From assembly GCF_964204645.1 (NCBI RefSeq), contig NC_134036.1, positions 124,001 to 188,000 on the forward strand: DNA of 64,000 nucleotides, read 5' to 3'. Both the position numbers and the translations under genes were made by a program. Shown here one piece after another: positions 27,116 to 40,547 of the stretch. Each line of letters begins with the position of its first letter. Positions within the stretch are counted from its first letter, which is position 1. This stretch comes from Tubulanus polymorphus (taxonomy: Eukaryota > Animalia > Nemertea). The notes under the pieces are model-generated. The model did no database searches and was not told the origin of the DNA. It saw only the letters and a program-made list of their open reading frames with translations.

Positions 27116-30100
27116 CTTCATCACACAACAACTACAAAAATACGTAGGAACCAGTTACTAAGCAACCACGGCGAATATTAACTGATTTTTCGGTGGTTTT
27201 CAACAATTTTTTTTTAAACTTTTTTTTCGGAGCAGATGAAATTAATTTGTCACAACTTTTATTGAATACAGGAAACAATCATGAGACTTGTGCGGGGGGA
27301 GGTGTGCGGGGGGGGGGGGGAGATTTAATACATCTCAAAAAACTAATTAGAGCATGACTCCCTATTCCTGCCGTACTCCCTACAATCAATAAACTATTGG
27401 CAGCCTCTATACGAGTTGCAGCCGGAGCCGGGCTCAGTGAGAGAGAGAGAGAGAAGCTGTACCGAGCGAGGATGGATTACTCTCCAGACTCATCCCGTGT
27501 ATCCATGGTAACATGAAGAGAGCCGAGCGGAGTTTGTATTGTAGAAAATATACGACAAACGTTTTATACTGCAGATACAGGGGAGGGGGGTCTGAAGGGG
27601 AGGGTCTGTAGGGGAGAGGGTTTGTAGGGGGATCTGTAGGTAGGGGGTCTGGAGGGGGGTCTGAGGGGAGGGTCTGTAGGGAGGGTCGTACATCTTTAAA
27701 ACCCAGCAGAAAAAAACACCAAATTCACCAATATCAAATCCATGTAATTTCAGCGATTCAATCCCAAACTATTATGCTGTAGACACAAGGGGAGTCTGAA
27801 AGGGGGAGGGTGTCTGAAGGGTGCCTGGGTAGGTGATGTGTGCTGCGTAGTACTATGTACGGGTGGGGGGAAGGGAGAGGGGGGATACTGATGGCTGCTC
27901 ATTTATTTATCACCTTCGTTAATAAACGCTTAATATGGAAATTGATTTATAAGACATAAACCTCACAGTTTATACGACACCAGTGTGCGTGGTGTTATAT
28001 ATAACCCTGAAGTGTGTGGCGTTATATATAGAGACCCCTGAAGCTAATCGCATATGGAAATCAATATCGAATAGAATTACAACCTTTTAAATTAGTGGGA
28101 GTCACAAACAGCCGAGAGATTTAATAAGTCAAAAACAGTGGGTTTCAATGTTTAAACTTGTGGTTTTCTCGAGGGTTTAGATAAATAAAATACACCTTCT
28201 TTCAACTCAAAACAATACCTGCTTCACTAATATAATCTATAATTCAAATATTTTTTTCCAACCAGAACAACTCTACCTGTTGTTGTTGTTGTTGCAATTG
28301 TCCACCAGGGGTCGCTGTATTCCTAACCTCCATGATTGATTTTTATTCAACAAATCCAACAATGTCGGTTTACGACGTATTCCCATTGTTCTATCGTTGC
28401 TTAGCAACACAAATCCTTCGAGACGATCACATGAGATTATCGTATTCCGATAGCGGTAGAAAATGAAATGTCTAAAGGTCGTATGTCAGATCTATGTACA
28501 TTCAGTATATACGGTATCCTCGGCTAACAGAATATATACGGTATCCTCGGATAACAGTATATATCCACAACACAGTCCTACCGACTCAAACACTGATTAA
28601 CTCTTTAAAAAATATCAATTTTGTTGCTATTTTCTCAGAAAAATCCTCAAAATTTCCCCGAAAATCCGTTATTTCGGTATTTTGTGAATTTGAGCGATGA
28701 AGAAAATGATCCCCAAACCGAGTACTGAAGACTCCACTGAGAAACCCCACTGAGGACTCCACTGAGAAACCCCACTGTGGACTCCACTGATGACTCTACA
28801 GAGGACTCCACTGAGGACTCTGCTGAAGTGTATATATTATACTTCCAACAAAAAATTTCTCAGAAATAAATGAAGAATTCTCGGCAGTGCTACGGCAGAT
28901 GTATCCTATAACAGACTAGTGATGTAAGTGAATGACGATGAAATTGAGACTCTCAGTTATTTATCACAAATTACATCCCTAGAGTATAGTAACATATATA
29001 ACTGGTAATGACAATATAATCCTAGCCGAATAGCAGCAGCAGCAGCAGCGTCCCGCAGCCTGCATGCAGCGCTGATACTTGATGGCTGCCAATAAATATA
29101 AAGTATCTAATCAAATACTGCAATATTCAAAACATCTAATTAAGCAATTTATCAATTTCATCAACACAAATATCAAAACTAGTTTAAACTGTTTCACAAA
29201 CCAAATTTTAATATCCGGGGCGATTGATTTTTTTTTTAGAAATATCGGAAACAGTTTACAGTCAGTCAGTGACGTGTGACAAATATATGAATCAATATTA
29301 AACCAGCTGTGATGAGTTAAACACCCGTAGTTAAATAACAACATGTGTGAGTGTCACTCTCCTCCCCCCCTCTACCAGCGGCACTAACAACATCTCCAGT
29401 TCAATCTATTTCACAAAATACTGAACAAATTTATGAGTTATTGATGAAACGTGTGTTAATCAGTGAAAATTACAATTAAAACAAAATCCCACAATTCAAA
29501 ATTTGATTGAAACAAATTTGCTCTAAATCTCGTAGAGTCAATAAACCTTTTGATTCACGAATTCCTGGCCTCTACAATTGTGGGATTCACTTAAAAACTG
29601 ATAAAATCCACTCCAAACTCTACAGAATGTATTCCAAATATAACCTAAAAAGTGGATATCCTTCCACTTATTCCAATTCAAAGATTCCACTTTTACTGAT
29701 AAAACATGAGAATCTATTCCCAATCTGAAGTGGATATCCTTCCTCGCGATTAGATTAATCCAAAAAACATTTCATTCCACCGAATTCCACAATCAGACAG
29801 TTCCACGAGTTCCACTATCGTGTAAATGATTTCCTACGTGATAAAATAAAGCGCGTTCACTTCAGTAAAATAGTTGTTATACACTAGAGTAGAACAGTAC
29901 AGACAGACGGACGGACTGAGGAGATATTCGCAAATATGTGAGTCACAATAGATTCCTTATGCAACCCGGTAAAATACTGATACCTAAACCTAACACAGCA
30001 TCCTTTATCCTCCTAGTTATCCTTCTCTTCATCTCTCTATCTCTAACAATAATAAAACACAGCCGGGCGAGATTGAAAACAGCGCGAGAGGGTGAGGAAA

Positions 30101-30999
30101 AACACCCGCCTCTAATTACTACAATAACCACCTTAAACGCTTCACGCTTTATCTGATAATCCTTAAATATTTTAGAAATTCTGAATTAATAAAACATTTT
30201 TTAATCGAAATATCGATAAAATCCTCAAAATCTCGACGAAAGAATCAGCATAATAACACACTACCATATACGCAGTAAGTCTGACGCATCTACTGGAGTT
30301 TATATCAAAATCTCAAAATATCTGATATTGATAGACAATATGAAATCTGACGATATTAAAACACAGAAATCTCATCAGTAAATATTGATTTTAAGATACG
30401 CCGGCAGTAAATGGATATTCTATGTACGGATCAGACAAACAAATCTCAAACACAGATTGAGATAAAAATCTTCGCAACATTATTTATTTGTGATCTATAT
30501 ATTTGAGGGGGTTAGTAGAGTAAGCTGTGGGAGATTACAGTCCACACCTCCTCAAATCACCCACTTCTCACAATATCAGCCTCTCTCCTTTACAAAGAAT
30601 AAAATCTCTGTTTACTAATTACTAATCAACCAATTAAATTAACCTAACGAGATTAGGGTCTAATTCCAAACTTCATCGAGGAGGATATAAACACAGGCTC
30701 TCTCTCTCTCTCTCTGAGCCTATCACCAGAAGATGAAAGTCACCTTTTTCAGTTAATCAATTTGAATACTGTCTGATATTTTCCCCCATGTTTCACACAT
30801 TAAATGAACGACCCTGGTGGTTTTACTGCTGAGTCTGTGATCAGCACGGTATGTATTACTCACACTCCTCCTGTACCAACACAGATGATTCCCGATTAAA
30901 ATCGGACTGTCAAAACTGATCGTTAGAAATTAGTGAATTTCCGTCGGGATATATCCATCGAATTTACCATCAATAAACAGTGAAATAACTAAAATAATC

Positions 31000-31700
31000 T
31001 CTTACCTATTTATTTATCCCGGGCTATAGATAAAAACCCGTTAATTTGGGCGACAATCCATTCGCAAAGCGAATTACGTTATTCCGTTTTCTGACGCCAT
31101 TTTGAATCATAATCCTGATGATGACATTAAACAGATTTCAGGGGTCGGGATTGATTTGGACGACGGGAAATTTTTGACAGCTTTAACAGACGGCAGTCGA
31201 TTGAAATATCGAGGTTTTAAACGTTTTTTAAGCGGATTTTGTCGACATTTTCGTTTACGATATTTTTATTTCCGCGTTCACGTCAAGTGGCTCCACAATG
31301 ACGAACTTTTGAATGACGCTGTAACCGCGAAATTCAACATTCAGTCGACTCTAAAACATGGATTTGGCTTGAACGCAACGTCGCCAGTTCATCGGATGAG
31401 GCCTCGGGTGAACATTTCACTCAGATGTCCGGCACCGAGGCCGAACAGGAATGATTAAATAGGCGGCGCCAGCTGACGGTAAATTTTATTTTGGTAGTTT
31501 TTGTTTACTTTTTGGCCGAAAATTGGTGTTTTCTGATAAACAGATCAAGTAAATATTTTTCTAATCGTTAGTTGTGATGTAAGGGTGGAATTTATTGATG
31601 TTGATTATTTTCTAAAAGGTTCAAATCGCTCTGATTCAGAGCCGTCAACCACAAAACAAGTCAAATTCAATTGGTATTTTATTCTCTAAGGTAGTGCACC
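31000..31700. promoter_or_regulatory. Probable bidirectional promoter between the RUSC-like gene (-) and VPS72 (+)
   Basis: CpG-rich stretch with a YY1 motif CGCCATTTTG at about 31095, a minus-strand donor (AG|GTAAG, about 31005), and a plus-strand acceptor at 31690 before the VPS72 ATG. Confidence 0.55.
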
Positions 31701-31714
31701 AGTCAGTGAGAATA

Positions 31715-34700
31715 ATGTCGTCTAATAAAGATGAGAACAGTAGCGGGAGCGGGAGTGATGGAGAGGATTATGAGGAACCGAATCTGGCGGCTCAGAGAGA
31801 CAAACGTAGCACGGCCGGGACGAAGATGGCTCGACTTCTGGAGGCCGAGGATGAGGATGATTTCTACAAAACAACTTACGGTGGATTTAATGAGGTGAGA
31901 TTGAGGGGGGTCGCGAGGCGGTAGGGGGAAGGGGGATCGCGGTTTCAGGGTTAGACGAGGCTTAAGGGTTAGCATCCTACAATTAACGGTCGTTGATTTA
32001 ATTATTGTTAATTACAGGAAGAAGATGATTGTGAGTACGCGTCTGAAGAATCAGAAGCAGACGACGTTGACTCGGATTTCGATATCGATGAAACGGAGGT
32101 CGTCGTGGATACGGAAGAGGACGTAGATCGTCCGAAACGACGGAAACGAGGCGCCGTGACGACCAAGGCTTATAAAGAACCGGCGAAAAAACAACCAAAA
32201 ATGGCGCCACCTGCCTTGAAAAAACCTAAACCAGTTCAAACCAGCGCCAGTTTACAGACTATAGGTCGTTACGAGTTAATGAAGTTTGGGTTTTTGAATT
32301 TTCGAATCGTAACAGTTTTAACGGTTTTGTTTGTTGTAATTTCAGGTAAAAAGTCGTTACGTCGAACGACGGAAAATAAATCGCAACAATTGGTGGAACG
32401 AGAGAAAGATCGAGAACATCGGATGAAAATGATGAAAGATATCGCGGCGAGGAAGAACGTGACGGAAGTTCGACGGTTAACGCAGGACGAACTTCTCGCT
32501 GAGGCTCTTATTACTGAGCAACAAAACATGAAATCACTCGGTAATTGTTAGGGAGAAAATATCCCCCCTCATCCCTCAAACACCCTCTTAAACTCGTTCT
32601 ATGAATTATTGAGGGGAACAGGGAGAGAATATCCCCCCTCATCCCTCAAACACCCTCTTCTTAAACTCGTTCTATGAATTATTGAGGGGAACAGGGAGAG
32701 AATATCCCCCCTCATCCCTCAAACACCCTCTTCTTAAACTCGTTCTATGAATTATTGATGGGAACAGGGAGAGAATATCCCCCCTCATCCCTCAAACACC
32801 CTCTTCTTAAACTCGTTCTATGAATTATTGAGGGGAACAGGGAGAGAATATCCCCCTCATCCCTCAAACACCCTCTTCTTAAACTCGTTCTATGAATTAT
32901 TGAGGGGAACAGGGAGAGAATATCCCCCTCATCCCTCAAACACCCTCTTCTTAAACTCGTTCTATGAATTATTGAGGGGAACAGGGAGAGAATATCCCCC
33001 CTCATCCCTCAAACACCCTCTTCTTAAACTCGTTCTATGAATTATTGATGGGAACAGGGAGAGAATATCCCCCCTCATCCCTCAAACACCCTCTTCTTAA
33101 ACTCGTTCTATGAATTATTGAGGGGAACAGGGAGAGAATATCCCCCCTCATCCCTCAAACACCCTCTTCTTAAACTCGTTCTATGAATTATTGATGGGAA
33201 CAGGGAGAGAATATCCCCCCTCATCCCTCAAACACCCTCTTCTTAAACTCGTTCTATGAATTATTGATGGGAACAGGGAGAGAATATCCCCCCTCATCCC
33301 TCAAACACCCTCTTCTTAAACTCGTTCTATGAATTATTGAGGGGAACAGGGAGAGAATATCCCCCTCATCCCTCAAACACCCTCTTAAACTCGTTCTATG
33401 AATTATTGATGGGAACAGGGAGAGAATATCCCCCCTCATCCCTCAAACACCCTCTTCTTAAACTCGTTCTATGAATTATTGATGGGAACAGGGAGAGAAT
33501 ATCCCCCCTCATCCCTCAAACACCCTCTTCTTAAACTCGTTCTATGAATTATTGATGGGAACAGGGAGAGAATATCCCCCCTCATCCCTCAAACACCCTC
33601 TTCTTAAACTCGTTCTATGAATTATTGAGGGGAACAGGGAGAGAATATCCCCCCTCATCCCTCAAACACCCTCTTCTCAAACTCGTTCTATGAATTATTG
33701 ATGGGAACAGGGAGAGAATATCCCCCCTCATCCCTCAAACACCCTCTTCTTAAACTCGTTCTATGAATTATTGATGGGAACAGGGAGAGAATATCCCCCC
33801 TCATCCCTCAAACACCCTCTTCTTAAACTCGTTCTATGAATTATTGATGGGAACAGGGAGAGAATATCCCCCCTCATCCCTCAAACACCCTCTTCTTAAA
33901 CTCGTTCTATGAATTATTGATGGGAACAGGGAGAGAATATCCCCCCTCATCCCTCAAACACCCTCTTCTTAAACTCGTTCTATGAATTATTGAGGGGAAC
34001 AGGGAGAGAATATCCCCCCTCATCCCTCAAACACCCTCTTCTTAAACTCGTTCTATGAATTATTGATGGGAACAGGGAGAGAATATCCCCCCTCATCCCT
34101 CAAACACCCTCTTCTTAAACTCGTTCTATGAATTATTGATGGGAACAGGGAGAGAATATCCCCCCTCATCCCTCAAACACCCTCTTCTTAAACTCGTTCT
34201 ATGAATTATTGATGGGAACAGGGAGAGAATATCCCCCCTCATCCCTCAAACACCCTCTTCTTAAACTCGTTCTATGAATTATTGAGGGGAACAGGGAGAG
34301 AATATCCCCCTCATCCCTCAAACACCCTCTTCTTAAACTCGTTCTATGAATTATTGATGGGAACAGGGAGAGAATATCCCCCCTCATCCCTCAAACACCC
34401 TCTTAAACTCGTTCTATGAATTATTGAGGGGAACAGGGAGAGAATATCCCCCCTCATCCCTCAAACACCCTCTTAAACTCGTTCTATGAATTATTGAGGG
34501 AACAGGGAGAGAATATTCCCCCTCATCCCTCAAACACCCTCTTCTTAAACTCGTTCTATAAATATATAATTCTGATTCTATTTATGTTCAATAAGTTCGC
34601 TCCAGTTATCGCTTTGGTTGGCTTTAAGCTGATGGGGGTGGCTCCAAACTGTGTTGGGTGGCTCCAGAGTATGGACTCCAAACTACAGCAATGAATGGTT

Positions 34701-35453
34701 TAATTGTTATAATTAGCTCCAAACTGTTTGGGGTAGCTCTAGACTGTGGGAGGGCTCCATACTGTGTTGGGGGGGCTCCAGACTGTTGGGTGACTCCATA
34801 CAGTAATGAATGGTTTAATTGTTATAATTATAGAGGAATATACACGATTGGAACTAGAGAAGAAACGTTCACGAGTAACGAAACAAGTTTATCGCGGCCC
34901 GGTCATCCGTTATAACTCAACAACAATGCCTCTAATCGAACAGTTACCTAGCAACGAACCGGAAATCAACGTCGACGCTTTAAGTCCTACGTGAGTGTAA
35001 TTAAATGTGGTCGGCAACGACAACAAAGTGAGATATATCTAATTAACGTAATATAACGTCTAATTTATATTTTCTAGAGAACCGATAAAAGAGATTCCAT
35101 TCTCTACCGAACAGACGACGGAGCAGACGCAGCCGGGACAAACGGAGAAAACAAAGTTACCTCCGACCACCGCAAAATGTTCTCGAACTTTTATCACATT
35201 TACCGATGACAAAACGTTCGCGGAAGTTTTCCATCACAAGAAATCTCGTCCCCCGCCGAGACAATACTGTCCGGTTACTAGGTTACCGGCGAAATATTTC
35301 GACCCGATTACGTTGACTCCTTACGCGACGGCGCAGGCTTTTAAAGCCATCAGAGACACCTACTGGCAACACGTGAAATCACAAAATGAGAAAAAAACTA
35401 AACAGAAACAATCATCGCAACCGGCATCCCCCGTTACAGCTGCTGTATCCTAG
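31715..35453 (+). CDS. VPS72: Vacuolar protein sorting 72 / YL1 (H2A.Z chaperone, SRCAP/TIP60 subunit)
   Basis: Exons 31715-31894 (RSTAGTKMARLLEAEDEDDFYKTTYGGF), 32018-32264 (DSDFDIDE), 32346-32540 (LTQDELLAEA), 34834-34990 and 35078-35453 (YL1-C: CPVTRLPAKYFDPITLTPYA). Confidence 0.95.
32548..34560. repeat. 73-bp minisatellite, about 27 copies, in a VPS72 intron
   Basis: GGGAACAGGGAGAGAATATCCCCCCTCATCCCTCAAACACCCTCTTCTTAAACTCGTTCTATGAATTATTGA(T/G). Confidence 0.97.
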
Positions 35454-36052
35454 ACAACCGCTGTCCCCGGTTACAGCTGCAATATCCTAGACAACCAGCT
35501 GCAGATACTGTCTCCTCCCATCAACTGTCATCTGTATATCATTTTTCATTGATAAATAAAATTGTTTGATAAAAATTACAGGTTGTGATGCATTTATTTA
35601 TTATTAGGTTGTTCTGAAGTGTTTTGAGACTGTGTGGGCCCCGGCCCTCCTCGACCAGACAGACTAACTGTGAATATAATTGCCCTCCTCGACCAGACAG
35701 ACTAACTGTGAATATAATTTGAGACGTTTTAAGTCAGTTTGAAGATCAATTTGACACTAATGTTTGCACTATTTCTAGATAAATCATTTTCTATTCTATT
35801 AACTTAATGAGTGGTGACTAATGACTAGTATTTGCATTAGTTTATTTTAGGGCCGCCGATGTGATCAAGTTGATTAGTGAAACCGTCACTCAAAACTCGT
35901 ATATTACAAAATGAAAATCATTTCTATCAAAAACTGGATTGTAAAGTCTTTATTAATTAAAAAGATCATCTCATTATATAAAGTATTAGCGTTGGATGAC
36001 GATTGAAACAATATTAGCCCGCTACAGAAAAAATAGCGAGAGCTCCATGTCG

Positions 36053-36680
36053 ACCGTCTAGTGCTGCCCCTATGTATGACGGTAGCGGGGAAAATGCGAA
36101 CTAATATAATACTCGCTTCCCAGAGTCTTCGAACGGCCGTAGTGGACGAACTAATTACCGATTTGCGGGCCGGATTCCGAGGGAATTCTCAAATTCTGAA
36201 AACAGTTCTTAAACGTTTGAACCAAACAATTTTTCTATAAAAGAATTAACCTTAAAAGAGTAGATTTGAATCGGGATATTTCTAGTATCGTCTTGCAGCG
36301 AGCGACAGGTGTTTGTTTGTTCCCTGATTATTTGCGCGCAATTAAAATATATCGAAGAAAAAGTAAGGAGATTTTGTCAATTCAAATGATAAATGATCAT
36401 TTAAATATGTAAACGAATAATTTATTCTGTATATAAATACTAATTAACTGATAAGTAAGTGAATTTTAGCTAAAAAATTGAATATAGTTACCTTAGAATT
36501 AAGGAAATATCATACAAAATTCAGAACATATTCATAGTATCATATTTAATCAGAATTAGGCACCATGCTGGTCCGTATTGTGCGTAATAAGGAAATTTAT
36601 ATTCCGGCGGTAAATATGCGCCGCTATTTTAGTTCACAGAAATCCCGCTATCGTTATTCATAGGGGCAGCACTGTACGGT
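36053..36680. mobile_element. About 630-bp module bounded by about 55-bp imperfect inverted repeats (MITE-like), copy A
   Basis: Left end ACCGTCTAGTGCTGCCCCTATG..TAGCGGG..GAACTAA; right end TTAGTTCAC..CCCGCTA..CATAGGGGCAGCACTGTACGGT. No coding capacity and no clear TSD. Confidence 0.6.
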
Positions 36681-37282
36681 TAAGATTTAGCTTTAACTCG
36701 CTATCGTACTGTGGCATGCGAGTAATACGGATATTTTTCTTAGCCGAATTTCGTGTATTATTTAACACGATTTAGTTGTGTATGAATATATCAATTAACT
36801 CTTTAGCTTAATCTAAGAGAACCTTGATTTTAAAACGATTTTCAAGCCATTGTTGATGAAACTATTTTTACAGCGGAATGTATTACCATCTGGTAAAGCG
36901 GCAGACTCACATGCCACAGGAAGAATTTCAAGCAAATTTAATTTTATTCTCCAAAATTGTGCATTCAACCACCTCTACCATCAAAGTTGCAGCACATGAA
37001 CACTTTAACATCCCGTTTAGGTCGACCCTTCTTGGTCAGGGTTAAAATCAAACTCTCCCCTAATGAAACCAACTACAAATTTGCGCCAATAACTGGAAAA
37101 ATCTGTGTAAAGACGAAACCAGTTTAATACAACTTTATTGCACTTTTTGTCCACAAGATTGAGATTCCACTGGAACCAGAAAAAAAATTCAGTAACAACC
37201 ACTACAAAATTATATGAATAATTTATTGAGAAATTTATTGATTTATTGCATTAAAAAATGTATCATGCATCAGAGTTAAATA

Positions 37283-37754
37283 TCAAACTAAATAGTCTTG
37301 CATAAAGCGAACATGTGATCAACTCAATCAACGCAATGAACTGACTGAACTAACCCAGGAATCGAAACCTGAAATCAGACATCGGATTTACAACATCAGA
37401 CAACAGTTTTATGATGCATTCAGACAGAAATGAAATCATTCTCTGACTTTATAATGGAATTTTCTGATCCTAAACTCAGATTTTTTGCTTAGCAAGTATA
37501 AATTTAGCCAGTCTCAGTTTGAGTAAGACAAGGTTTACTGTTTTTGAGTTAAAAGCCGACAATTCCTTGCACCGTCGTGTAGAAATAAAACTTGAAATTA
37601 ATTTCTTTCCAAAATATGGAGTGAGTGATGTTTTAGGAGTGTTTTAAATCTAGAGAAATCGAGACTTACCTAAACGGAAAGAATTGATCGTCCATGTTTC
37701 CTCAACCTAAAGAGCCATGTTTATTTCTACCCCACACGTACAGATCATTGTTAT
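37283..37754 (-). pseudogene. RCC1L: Degenerate copy of RCC1L last two exons
   Basis: In-frame TGA at 37702-37704, a 1-nt deletion near the donor and 8 extra nt in the last exon. Confidence 0.8.
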
Positions 37755-38279
37755 CTACAATATAATAACACTGTAAACATTGTAACATCATTCTAGACAC
37801 TAAGCTAGGGATTGATAGAGAGAGGGAGCAGGGTTTATGTATAGAGGGAGTAGGATCAGGGAGTTTCACAGAGTAACTAGGCTTAAGAATAGAGATAGTG
37901 TGTCTCAGAAATCCCTATCCCTATGAACTAGCATGTCTCCAGCCTCGATTGCCTACGTACCTATTGATAACTATTAAAATGAGACATCAATTTCTAGCAT
38001 TTTTTCCACGGCTCGGCTCACGGCTCTACTTGGTTCATCTTGGTTTATCTGGTTCGTCCTGGTTTATCTGGGTTCATCTTGGTTTATCTGGGTTCGTCAT
38101 GGTTCATCTTGCACCATCTGCTCCACTGCATCAATGTCTGTATAATGTTGAAATCAATTCTCTACTGATTGTAGGTAAAGGGGGAATCAGTGACCACCAT
38201 AACATCCATCAATAGTTCCACCATATTGATGACAAACATCCTAAAAAATATACATTAAGTTTATAAATGTGAGTTATGT

Positions 38280-39270
38280 TAGAGTTAAGTCTAGTAACCG
38301 GTGTATCAGAGAAATGGCAATCTAAAGTACCCCTCAAAATGAGGGTTAGGGGTCAAATATTTTTTGTCTCCGATTTCGATGAAATTTAGTGTAGACATGT
38401 ATTCTGGGGTGCTGATCACAAATCTGAAAGAATTTTTAGGATCCGAGGCCCCAAAAATGAGAAATTCGAATTCTTAAGGGTACCCCCTAAATTTTCAAAA
38501 GGCCCTGGACCCCAGAGTTTTCGAGATATTCGAAATCTGATTGCAGATTTCGAATCAGCACCCCTGAAAATAGTAAGGACTAAAATTTTAAGCAAATCGA
38601 AGAGATTCGATTTTTTGGCAAAAAACGGCAAAAATCTAAGGTCCAGGAGTTTTTTTTCGGCGAAAAATTTTTTTTCTCTGATTCCTTCCAAACTTGGTAG
38701 GAAGATGTATTCCGAGGTGTAGATTCCGGATCTGTAATCAGATTTTGAATCGGAATTCATCTTCATTGGCAAATAAGGGTTTTAATGCCCAAAATATGCA
38801 CCCCAAAAATGGGGTACAAAGTCAAATTTTTTTTTTGGCCCAATGTTAACTAAATTTTCTAGAGACATGTTTTTTGGGGTGCTGATCACGAAAATGAAGT
38901 TAGTTTTTGGATCCGAGGCCCAAAAAATGAGAAATTCAAATTTTTTGGGGGGACCCCCTAGATTTTCAAAAGGCCTTGGACCCCAGATCTTTCGAGATAT
39001 TTAAAATCTGATTGCAGATTTGCAATCCGCATCCCTGCAAAATAGTAAGGACTAAAATTTCAAGCAAATCGAAGGGATTCGATTTTTTCGCCAAAAATTG
39101 CAAAAATCTAAGAAAATTAGTTTTTTGGATTGAAGTGCCAAACAAGAGAAATCCAGGATTTTATGCTTTTAGCCCCTTCAAATTGACCTGTTGATGTCTT
39201 TTTTACAGCTGATATCAAATATTAAATCAATTTTTAGATAGAAATTGATCAATTAACTAAAAACCCATTA
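38280..39270. repeat. Complex interspersed repeat with internal sub-repeats (GGGGTGCTGATCAC, GGTACCCCCTAAATTTTCAAAAGGCC), likely a non-autonomous DNA element
   Basis: Near-identical copies at about 54550-55330 and 63025-64000, and an internally deleted copy at about 58970-59300. Confidence 0.7.
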
Positions 39271-40547
39271 ATTCTAGTAACTATCACATGGTTTCAGACA
39301 TCTACAAACATCTCTTTTCTCAAGAAGAAATTCAGTTATAACCATGAACACATTTACTCAATGTATTAATGCTCGTATCTGTATCAAATACAATCAATGA
39401 AGCTAATAATTCCTAGTCACATTTTGTAAATTAAATTAATATTCAATTGTTGATGACCTATTGATTTGTGTTTAAAGTCATAATTCAGTCAGAAGAATTT
39501 GAGTCTAGCTCAGTCTCAGTTAGTGCACTATCGCAGTAAATTTACCCGAATTAACTTCGTTTATAATTACAGGGGTTTTCAAAGATGTCACCAGTTGGAA
39601 TTAAATTGATAATTTGTGTAGTTGTATTTTACACAAATTACAATATTTATAAATGTGGGTATGTACAAGAAATAAGATTTTTTATCGTTTTCACTTTGGC
39701 CTTTAACTACTTTTTCAGTTTATCAGACTAACTAAAATTTGAGTCAATCAGTTAATAATTAATTAATAGTTGTCCGCTCTCTTCTGACCCGCCACAAAAC
39801 ACTCAATGCTGTACAGTTTCTTGTGCGTGGTAACAACAATTATTAAATAATTAACTAGTATTTGTGACTGAATTGAATTGGTCACTTCAAGGCGATATTT
39901 GGATTTATTTTGAGTAATTCGGCGAAAATATTCACTGAAATCGATCTATTTACTCGACTTCTAGATAATATCGTTCATATCTCTTCTTTAAACATCTAAA
40001 TCGCTCCGAAATCAGCATTTATAACGAATAAATTCGGTAAAAACGGCAAGAAATAAAACCGCGGAAGTTCCACATAATCTACGTGTCGCGCGTCTAGAAA
40101 CCTCGCATACCTAGGCTAGTAAGACCGTATTGTGCTGCCCTCACTGACTGCGGAGATCAGGTGAACTAATTACCAAACGACATACAAATTACTTCGATCT
40201 GATTCTGTTATTCTTTTAGTTTATTTTCAATCCCATTTCATATGAAATAAAAACAGTATAGAGATGTTAGACAAAATTTCACTCCGATATTACATTGTAC
40301 TGTACGGTGCTGCCACTAATTCTGAGTTGGCGGCTACCTCGCATACCGATGTCGCCTAAGTGCAAGTTTACCGTATGGTGCTGCCCTCGCTCACAGCGGT
40401 GATTGGTAACACTATCTGAAAAATAGTGATATAGCCTTTTTACCGTACAGTGCTGCCGCCACTATATCGACGGTGAACAGAAACACTATCAGCTTTTCCA
40501 GACTTATTCTAACATGTCTAATAAAACTCGAAATGGTCTCATAAACA

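Noticed and set aside
31102-31458. 118-aa ORF between the RUSC-like gene and VPS72
   Set aside because: Non-ATG start, no domain, and it lies in the CpG-rich shared promoter.
32745-34694. Several 60-86 aa ORFs
   Set aside because: Artefacts of the 73-bp minisatellite in the VPS72 intron.
38416-38772. Recurrent 118-aa ORF (also 54690-55046 and 63171-63386)
   Set aside because: Lies inside a non-coding repeat with internal sub-repeats, has no recognisable domain, and is not kept full length in all copies.
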